DNA from: a virus
Taxonomy: Duplodnaviria > Caudoviricetes
DNA length: 64,000 nucleotides
Strand: one strand, 5' to 3'
Virus record (IMG/VR): IMGVR_UViG_3300007177_000042
Positions 58,091 to 64,000 of this stretch are shown piece after piece. The notes under the pieces are model-generated. The model made no database searches. It had not been told where the DNA came from and was given only the letters and a program-made list of their open reading frames with translations. Every line of letters begins with the position of its first letter. Position 1 is the first letter of the stretch. A program made the position numbers and the translations under genes.

Positions 58091-58750
58091 TCACAGTATA
58101 TATGGCAATAGTATTTCTTCAGGATTGCCGGTGAATATGTAGTGGAGATTATATTCGATTATCCGGCTACTTACGTATGATGCATGTCTGTTAAAACAGT
58201 TGATATCACCAATATATAGTTCTCTGTCTATGTTTGTGGTTTCTAACCATTTCAAAATTCGTTCATAAAATGGTTTAGAATGACGCAGGATCGACGATTT
58301 TGAAACCATAAACTGTCCATAACCCAAAAACGTCAAAGTGTCAGGCATAACCAACTCCGACGTAAAGATGTCAGACCAATTACGAGTCATCCACAAATCA
58401 AAACTTTTGCGATAATCGTTTTCAATATCTTCAAAGTCATAGATTTTACTGAAATATTGTTCTTCATACCGCCTGGTATTCACATTTACATAGTCTAATG
58501 ACCAATTTAGATTATTTGCAATGTACCACCCCGGATAATCTTGATGATGTGACGTTTCATGGGCATGCAGAACCAATATTCTGTCTGGAAGACAATAATA
58601 GTGATCCACAATAAACTTCATGGTAGACCAATGTTCCAATCCAACATTTATAGATTGTTTTGTTTTGTCAAAAAAATACGTTTCGTGAACAATTTTACTT
58701 GCCCATGAAACGTTTTCGTTGAAGTGTGTTATTAAAACAATCTTAGTCAC
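58091..58750 (-). CDS. DUF3431-like protein (GT-related)
   Basis: NVGLE, FIVDHY..LPD..LVLHAH, GQFMVSKSSI..HSKPFY, EYNLHYIF. Confidence 0.75.
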   Translation of the reverse strand: MTKIVLITHFNENVSWASKIVHETYFFDKTKQSINVGLEHWSTMKFIVDHYYCLPDRILVLHAHETSHHQDYPGWYIANNLNWSLDYVNVNTRRYEEQYFSKIYDFEDIENDYRKSFDLWMTRNWSDIFTSELVMPDTLTFLGYGQFMVSKSSILRHSKPFYERILKWLETTNIDRELYIGDINCFNRHASYVSSRIIEYNLHYIFTGNPEEILLPYIL

Positions 58751-58752
58751 AT

Positions 58753-59499
58753 TTACAGATCACCATACCACTTGATTTGGACATTCATCGTATTGTTGCT
58801 ATCATGCAAAACATAATAGTTACAGTGACTCACGTCCAAACACAGATTTTGGCTGTAATCTTTGGACAATGGAGAACCTTCATTGATCCAACGAGGCTTT
58901 CGTTGTGGGGTGTGTCCAAAAATTTGGTTTACTCCTACAATAGGTGCAAACTCGTCGGCGTCACACCAGTCGATGCCACCGTGCAATTCACGACCACCAC
59001 GGCTCATACCAGCCATCATGATTGGTTTGGCCGGTTGATGAGCAAAGGCAGTTTCAAGAGCATCATCACAAGTGTCTTTCAACCAAGTCTTGAAATCTTT
59101 TCCATTTCCATACTTAGTATAAAAATATTTGTGAACACCAGCGTGACTGCAAAGCCACTCTCCAACCCAAGTGTACAGAGGAAGTTTACGCCAATCCTGC
59201 TCTTTTAGGATTTCAGAAATGGCATAATCCTTGCCTGCCTCGTAACCACTACACTTGTAACTTCTGTGAGGAAAAGCATAGTTTGTATCATGATTTCCCA
59301 TGATATGAATACGATTCTTTTGTCCCAAAGAAGCAGCCAGCCAATCTGCGGTCTCGACGGCGATACGATAGTCGTCACCAAAGTCATCGAAGTAATCGCC
59401 AAGAAAAACGATCTTGTCGGGTGTTTCGTGCTTTATGATTTTCTCAGCTTTCTCCCACTTGTTGTGGATATCAGAGAGAATTAGAGTTCTGATGTTCAT
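58753..59499 (-). CDS. Calcineurin-like metallophosphoesterase
   Basis: SDIH, LGDYFD, GNHD, SHAG, GHTP. Confidence 0.9.
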   Translation of the reverse strand: MNIRTLILSDIHNKWEKAEKIIKHETPDKIVFLGDYFDDFGDDYRIAVETADWLAASLGQKNRIHIMGNHDTNYAFPHRSYKCSGYEAGKDYAISEILKEQDWRKLPLYTWVGEWLCSHAGVHKYFYTKYGNGKDFKTWLKDTCDDALETAFAHQPAKPIMMAGMSRGGRELHGGIDWCDADEFAPIVGVNQIFGHTPQRKPRWINEGSPLSKDYSQNLCLDVSHCNYYVLHDSNNTMNVQIKWYGDL

Positions 59500-59507
59500 A
59501 GACAACT

Positions 59508-59536
59508 ATCGTATCATTCAATAGAATGAATGTCAA
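59508..59536 (-). promoter_or_regulatory. Sigma70-type promoter, near-leaderless
   Basis: TTGACA-N17-TACGAT with extended -10 TG; 8 nt between the -10 box and the ATG at 59499. Confidence 0.7.
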
Positions 59537-59661
59537 CGTTCTTTTTTCTTTTTTCTAGGTTTATGACCCCAATTGATAGAGTCGTAATTTTTATCGTATT
59601 GGCTTTTATTGACCGGTCTTGGCTTATCTCCTTTACCTGCTTGGTTATTCGATTCCTTCAT
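59533..59661 (-). CDS. Small basic protein (42 aa, below the ORF-track cutoff)
   Basis: MKESNNQAGKGDKPRPVNKSQYDKNYDSINWGHKPRKKKKER; the GKG.KPRP...Y..N.D.I pattern is familiar from phage microproteins. Confidence 0.7.
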   Translation of the reverse strand: MKESNNQAGKGDKPRPVNKSQYDKNYDSINWGHKPRKKKKER

Positions 59662-60325
59662 ATGAACTTTTTTGTATAGTTGTTAAGTTTTTTGGATCTA
59701 CTAAACTATTAAAATTTGGAAGTTTGCTACATTTGTAGAAGAAACTGTGAATTTCTTTATCTGAGATTTTGAATCCCAAAGAAGAATATTTCAAAAGACG
59801 TTTCAATAGGACCTGAGGAATGTTTACCGTTTCGATTTTGATTTCTTTATTGTCGATATCAGTGATGCAGTTTTCAGCGTGAAAAAGGTGTGTACCATCA
59901 AAACCAATTTGACAGATATTCAAATCAAACGAGTCGAGTAGATTACAAACACTAGTAAAAAACTTTTTGTGAATCAATTGAAGTTTGTAATTTTTGTTTC
60001 TGAACACAATGGCATAGGTCACGTGCCATTCTGCGTGATCCATTTTTTCTACTCTAAACAAATTGTTGCTTAGTGACTTACCATTTTTCATGTTTATTGC
60101 ATCTAATTTATTAATGTAGTCTTTGTATTGTGGTTCATCCCTAAAAAAAATATCAATATCGGTGGTCAATCCCAAGTTGAGATATGTACGCAACAACGAT
60201 CCTCCAGCAATCCAAGGTCCGTTTTCCGACAAAGGCGGAAGAACATCCAACAAAAACTCCAATTCGGTAACGTTTTTAGAGTTTTTGGTAATATCGGCCA
60301 ATTTAGTTTTTATGTAATTAGGCAT
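59645..60325 (-). CDS. Poly(A) polymerase/CCA-like nucleotidyltransferase head-domain protein
   Basis: WIAGGSLLR, DIDIFF, LQLI, SFDLNICQ. Confidence 0.7.
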   Translation of the reverse strand: MPNYIKTKLADITKNSKNVTELEFLLDVLPPLSENGPWIAGGSLLRTYLNLGLTTDIDIFFRDEPQYKDYINKLDAINMKNGKSLSNNLFRVEKMDHAEWHVTYAIVFRNKNYKLQLIHKKFFTSVCNLLDSFDLNICQIGFDGTHLFHAENCITDIDNKEIKIETVNIPQVLLKRLLKYSSLGFKISDKEIHSFFYKCSKLPNFNSLVDPKNLTTIQKSSYEGIE

Positions 60326-60355
60326 ATCTCCAGTATACCATAGGGCATCGGATCG

Positions 60356-60538
60356 TCAATCAACAAAATGGGCAGTGGCACACTTTTCACACAACTGACC
60401 GCACCCCTCTACGTAGTTTTTTCTAAAGTCAATAGACATTGATCGTGGCACTTGAGTGTCTACAGAACATATTACACATTTTTCTGTTTCTACCTTGTAG
60501 AAATCGCCGTTTTCTGTTTGAACGATGGTGGTATTCAT
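60356..60538 (-). CDS. Small putative zinc-finger protein
   Basis: CVIC...YVEGCGQLCEKC. Confidence 0.6.
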   Translation of the reverse strand: MNTTIVQTENGDFYKVETEKCVICSVDTQVPRSMSIDFRKNYVEGCGQLCEKCATAHFVD

Positions 60539-60539
60539 T

Positions 60540-60878
60540 CTATTTCCAAAATATTTGAAGTATGAGCGTAAGAGTTGATAAACCGATCAAGATTCCAGTT
60601 TTCAACGATGGCTTTTCATCAAAATATATAGAAGTCAAAACGGTGAATAGTATAATTCCCAAACTGAATGTCAATATTCGATTGGGCCACATTTGACCAT
60701 TGAAGTAATCATTTATGAATTTTACCGATTTGATAGACAAATAGGTTGTTGGAATACTCAATAACAACAAATATGGTTCGTACTTTTTAAACCACGGATG
60801 AATGAATTGACCATGAAGTTGATGCCATCCAACTGTATATACAATCAACAATAATCCGATTCCTGCTAGTAATTTCAT
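60540..60878 (-). CDS. Small multi-pass membrane protein
   Basis: Four hydrophobic segments. Confidence 0.65.
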   Translation of the reverse strand: MKLLAGIGLLLIVYTVGWHQLHGQFIHPWFKKYEPYLLLLSIPTTYLSIKSVKFINDYFNGQMWPNRILTFSLGIILFTVLTSIYFDEKPSLKTGILIGLSTLTLILQIFWK

Positions 60879-61348
60879 TTTTTGATTTCTTCTAGAATAG
60901 CCAAAAGTTCAGAATCATCCACGGGATTAAAATTGGCATGGTTCTTCGTCAAGGATTTATGAAATCGTTTCATCCACCCCCTATTTGAATAACCAACATC
61001 GTCAATTTGACCGGTATATTCACAGAAATTACCACACATATATTCGACAAACGAAATGACTTCGCTTGTACGTTCGTCTCCACCCTCAACATAATATCTA
61101 AGAGTCGAAAACTTTTCTTTTACCTGCACAACTCTAATTTGTTCAACACACTTGTGATCGTTTGGATATTTTTCTGCCCATGTATTTTTTTGGTCGATAT
61201 AATTCTGCAAATAATTGCTAAGCCACAAAAGTGGTCTAAACCAACCATCATTACATTCAAATTTCCATTCGTTGAAAGGACATTCCAAGTCGTGTTTATA
61301 CAGTTTTGGAAACTTATTCAACAAGTATTCTTCTAATTTAGGATTCAT
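60875..61348 (-). CDS. Conserved phage hypothetical protein
   Basis: FECNDGWF...VQVKEKFSTLRYY...CEYTG. Confidence 0.7.
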   Translation of the reverse strand: MNPKLEEYLLNKFPKLYKHDLECPFNEWKFECNDGWFRPLLWLSNYLQNYIDQKNTWAEKYPNDHKCVEQIRVVQVKEKFSTLRYYVEGGDERTSEVISFVEYMCGNFCEYTGQIDDVGYSNRGWMKRFHKSLTKNHANFNPVDDSELLAILEEIKK

Positions 61349-61428
61349 GATTGTTTTTTTCTATTAAGAATTGATGTGACAGTGATAACTGTAGCCACCA
61401 ATAATTACTATTGGGTTGTTTAACTTAA

Positions 61429-62550
61429 CTATACTGCTACTTCACCTTTAATTGCTGGATGTGGGTTATAATCTATAATTTCGATATCTTCAAACTTAAT
61501 ATCAAATATTGATTTGCCCGGCGTCTTGATATTCAATCGTGGTAATTCTTTAATATCTCTGGTTAATTGTAATTTAACTTGTTCCAAATGATTTTCATAT
61601 AAATGAACATCTGCCGCACTATATACTAGTTGATTTGGAATCATGTTAAGTTGATTTGCAATTAAATGTGTAAACAACGCATAAAATGCACAATTAAATG
61701 GTAGACCTAAGAAAGTATCAGATGATCGCATATTGAAGTAACAATTTAAACGAAATACTGGGATGTTTTCTTCATTCAATTTTTGAATAACCCAAGTTTC
61801 TGACTTTGGTAGATTCACGGGACCAACTCTGGCTTGTAGAATCTCTACTCGTTCTTGTAAAGTCAACTGTTCAGTTCCAAACTGAATATAATTGTGACAT
61901 GCTGGCAATAGAGCATCTTCTCGGTTATTACTATGATATGGATGCCAAGCGGTAATAATGATTCTGCGACTATCTGGATTATTCTTCAGATCATTGATTG
62001 CATTAGTAAGTTGATCCACCGTTTCAACAGACCAACCTTTGACAATCATGTGATCACCATTGTTTTGACCAATTGGGCTAATACGATGTGGAAAGTTTCT
62101 CCACATACCACCATAACCATATTGCCCAATACTTCCCCATTTTTTGGCAAATTCATCATCGTTAATGATTTCTTGCTCAAATTCTTTTTGTGTCATTTCA
62201 CGTACACAATTTTTTTCAAGATCCTCGGTATGAACATCATAATCGGGTTCGGTGAGTGTTTTGCAATGGTTAAGATACGTTTGATAGGGCCATTCGGTCC
62301 AGAATGTAACGCCGTTCTTTAGAAGATACTGAATGTTGGTGTCTCCCTTAATCATCCACAATAGTTCGTGCACTACACTCTTCCAGTGCATTTTCTTTGT
62401 GGTGAGTAATGGAAATCCTTCTTGTAGGTTGATGTGCATTTGTGCACCCCAATATTTGTAGGTATTGATTCCTGTTCTGTTTTTTGAATAAACACCTTCT
62501 TCAAGAATTCCACGCAATAAATCCAGATATTTTTCTTCGTAATCGTTCAT
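61429..62550 (-). CDS. thyA: Thymidylate synthase with insertions
   Basis: FPLLTTKK, ELLWMIKG, SRRIII, LPACH, RSSDTFLGLPFN, DVHLYENH. Confidence 0.95.
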   Translation of the reverse strand: MNDYEEKYLDLLRGILEEGVYSKNRTGINTYKYWGAQMHINLQEGFPLLTTKKMHWKSVVHELLWMIKGDTNIQYLLKNGVTFWTEWPYQTYLNHCKTLTEPDYDVHTEDLEKNCVREMTQKEFEQEIINDDEFAKKWGSIGQYGYGGMWRNFPHRISPIGQNNGDHMIVKGWSVETVDQLTNAINDLKNNPDSRRIIITAWHPYHSNNREDALLPACHNYIQFGTEQLTLQERVEILQARVGPVNLPKSETWVIQKLNEENIPVFRLNCYFNMRSSDTFLGLPFNCAFYALFTHLIANQLNMIPNQLVYSAADVHLYENHLEQVKLQLTRDIKELPRLNIKTPGKSIFDIKFEDIEIIDYNPHPAIKGEVAV

Positions 62551-62562
62551 ATTAGTCTCTAC

Positions 62563-62591
62563 ATACTACACCAAAACCAAATATGTGTCAA
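62563..62591 (-). promoter_or_regulatory. Sigma70-type promoter for thyA
   Basis: TTGACA-N17-TAGTAT. Confidence 0.65.
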
Positions 62592-62597
62592 CTTTTT

Positions 62598-62632
62598 GCA
62601 AAATAAATGCCAGCATAGTTTTATGCTGGCAT
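62598..62632 (-). terminator. Intrinsic terminator
   Basis: 11-bp stem ATGCCAGCATA/TATGCTGGCAT with 4-nt loop, followed on the minus strand by TTATTTT. Confidence 0.8.
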
Positions 62633-62661
62633 ACGTTGTTTGAGTTGAAAATTGTATTATA

Positions 62662-63435
62662 TCAACTATACGTTTTATTATCGGTTTTCGTATAGGATAT
62701 TGAAGTTGGTTCTTTTGTTACACCGTTTTCTAAAAATGAAAAACTGTAACTATACTTTCCGATGTGAGCCAATCTAATTGTTGTATCACAATACAGTGTG
62801 ATACCAGCTTTTCTTAATCGATGACAAAATGCAAAATCTTCTCCAAGATACTCGTCGTTGTGTAGGATAGGATAAAAATATGGATAGACTTCGTATTGAC
62901 CACCCCAGATTTTTACTCGTTTCATTTTTTCATTAGAAACGATTGCATCATATACGCTTCGGTGGGTATACATAAACCCCGTGGCAGCATAAACCACTTC
63001 ATATAATCCACCCTTTTCACCAAGAATAACTTTTTTATCAACGAATTCGGTGGTTAATGCTGGCCAACCCTTGACACTATATGGGGCACTTACAAATTTT
63101 AGACCCGATCTAACAACCTTTTCAACATCGTAAGGCCAAAATGCTACATCTGCATCAATCCAAACTATATGTTCAAATCCATCATCCAATGCTTCTTGTG
63201 CCATTGCACAACGACCTTGATCAATTGCACTAAAACCGTATTTTCTACGAACCGTGTAACCAAACGACTCCAATTTTCGTAATGATTCATCAACAGCGGG
63301 TTCGATACTATGTGCAACGGGTACCAAAATAACAACCGAGTTGGGTTTTACCGGTTGTTCAAACATCGTTGTTATTTTTGCTTTTTTAGATGTTCGCAAT
63401 TTTTGAAATAATCCAATAATATAATCTATGATCAT
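62662..63435 (-). CDS. GT-A fold glycosyltransferase-like protein
   Basis: IDQGR..MA, IVWIDADV, ATGF, GEDFAFC, LAHIG. Confidence 0.75.
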   Translation of the reverse strand: MIIDYIIGLFQKLRTSKKAKITTMFEQPVKPNSVVILVPVAHSIEPAVDESLRKLESFGYTVRRKYGFSAIDQGRCAMAQEALDDGFEHIVWIDADVAFWPYDVEKVVRSGLKFVSAPYSVKGWPALTTEFVDKKVILGEKGGLYEVVYAATGFMYTHRSVYDAIVSNEKMKRVKIWGGQYEVYPYFYPILHNDEYLGEDFAFCHRLRKAGITLYCDTTIRLAHIGKYSYSFSFLENGVTKEPTSISYTKTDNKTYS

Positions 63436-63470
63436 AACTTTGATAAGTATTGTTAAAAATTCTAATACAT

Positions 63471-63860
63471 TTATGGTCTATTCGGATCGACTCCTGCATA
63501 TGACTGTATTTGAATTGGTTGTGGTCGATCCGATGCCGTGATTCTTATTGTTACGGAACTTAACGCAGCCGGTGTCAACAAATTTGTATTGAATCGTCTG
63601 CCAGATCGTTCATTGAAAAACGTAATGTACCGGTTTGCATTTGTTTGATCGTGTTTGATTGTAAGAACGGTCAAATCACTTGCTAGTACAGGATAGTTTT
63701 TGTAATATGAAGACAATGCGTTAGTTGCAAATGAATATTTGTTGGTACTCAACAACAATTCAGATTCATATCGCTTTGGAATTTCCAATAAATTGTCTTT
63801 AGACAATAATGTCTGCATTGTACATACCGACAAAATGAGTGTTAGTATAATTGATTTCAT
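63471..63860 (-). CDS. Secreted hypothetical protein
   Basis: Signal peptide MKSIILTLILSVCTMQTLLS; preceded by ATATTTATT. Confidence 0.6.
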   Translation of the reverse strand: MKSIILTLILSVCTMQTLLSKDNLLEIPKRYESELLLSTNKYSFATNALSSYYKNYPVLASDLTVLTIKHDQTNANRYITFFNERSGRRFNTNLLTPAALSSVTIRITASDRPQPIQIQSYAGVDPNRP

Positions 63861-63928
63861 GGTTTGTTAATAAATATGGGTTATTGAGATAATCAACGTA
63901 TCTTATTACATACTGTAGAACTTTGTTA

Positions 63929-64000
63929 TTAGTTTTTCTTCAACTCACGCATTTGTTGATTTTGTTTTCTCACGTTATTGCACGTATCCAACAAACGAAC
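63929..64000 (-). CDS. 3' end of a CDS truncated by the window edge
   Basis: Open frame VRLLDTCNNVRKQNQQMRELKKN* running to the edge. Confidence 0.4.
   Translation of the reverse strand, partial: VRLLDTCNNVRKQNQQMRELKKN

Noticed and set aside
61429-62550. ThyA homolog as a dCMP hydroxymethylase or other base-modifying enzyme
   Set aside because: Keeps RSxD-LGLPFN with Asn (dUMP specificity) and the PxCH catalytic loop, so it reads as an ordinary ThyA
1-64000. Alternative genetic code or stop-codon reassignment
   Set aside because: Known proteins are full length under the standard code, and TAA, TAG and TGA all end genes
1-64000. tRNA, rRNA, CRISPR array, retron or DGR
   Set aside because: Intergenic gaps are short and explained by promoters; no cloverleaf, repeat array or reverse transcriptase seen
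1-64000. Giant eukaryotic virus or bacterial polysaccharide island as the origin
   Set aside because: Sigma70 promoters, ATGA-coupled operons, T4-type clamp/loader/dNMP kinase and a lipobox protein indicate a bacteriophage; no Wzx/Wzy/ABC export genes seen

Overview
This window is a gene-dense, AT-rich 64-kb segment of a large T4-like dsDNA bacteriophage genome read with the standard genetic code. I found no tRNA, rRNA, CRISPR array, intron or intein. It holds scattered T4-type replication and nucleotide-metabolism genes: family-B DNA polymerase, sliding clamp, both clamp-loader subunits, dNMP kinase, dUTPase, ThyA, an SF2 helicase, a Cas4/RecB-like nuclease and the UV endonuclease UvsE. These are interleaved with a very large glycan-building gene set: about 22 glycosyltransferase-like ORFs (GT-A and GT-B folds; GT2, GT4, GT9-like, GT11, GT25, GT32), 7 SAM methyltransferases, a GH130-like glycosidase and nucleotide-sugar enzymes (RmlA, RmlB, a bifunctional epimerase/reductase-like protein, Glf, Gmd, and a HAD-nucleotidyltransferase fusion). 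A block at about 42.6-48.8 kb encodes modular proteins that look like protease-processed head cargo, including lysozyme and nucleotidyltransferase modules, followed by a lipoprotein with spanin-like architecture. Accessory genes include IscU, ClpP-like, vWA, FecR-like, metallophosphoesterase, HNH and GIY-YIG. Three candidate promoter or regulatory classes are visible: sigma70-type promoters (several apparently leaderless), an ATATTTAT(A/T) motif, and a TATATATGTA box upstream of three glycan-related units. All family assignments come from motif recognition by eye; no database searches were run.
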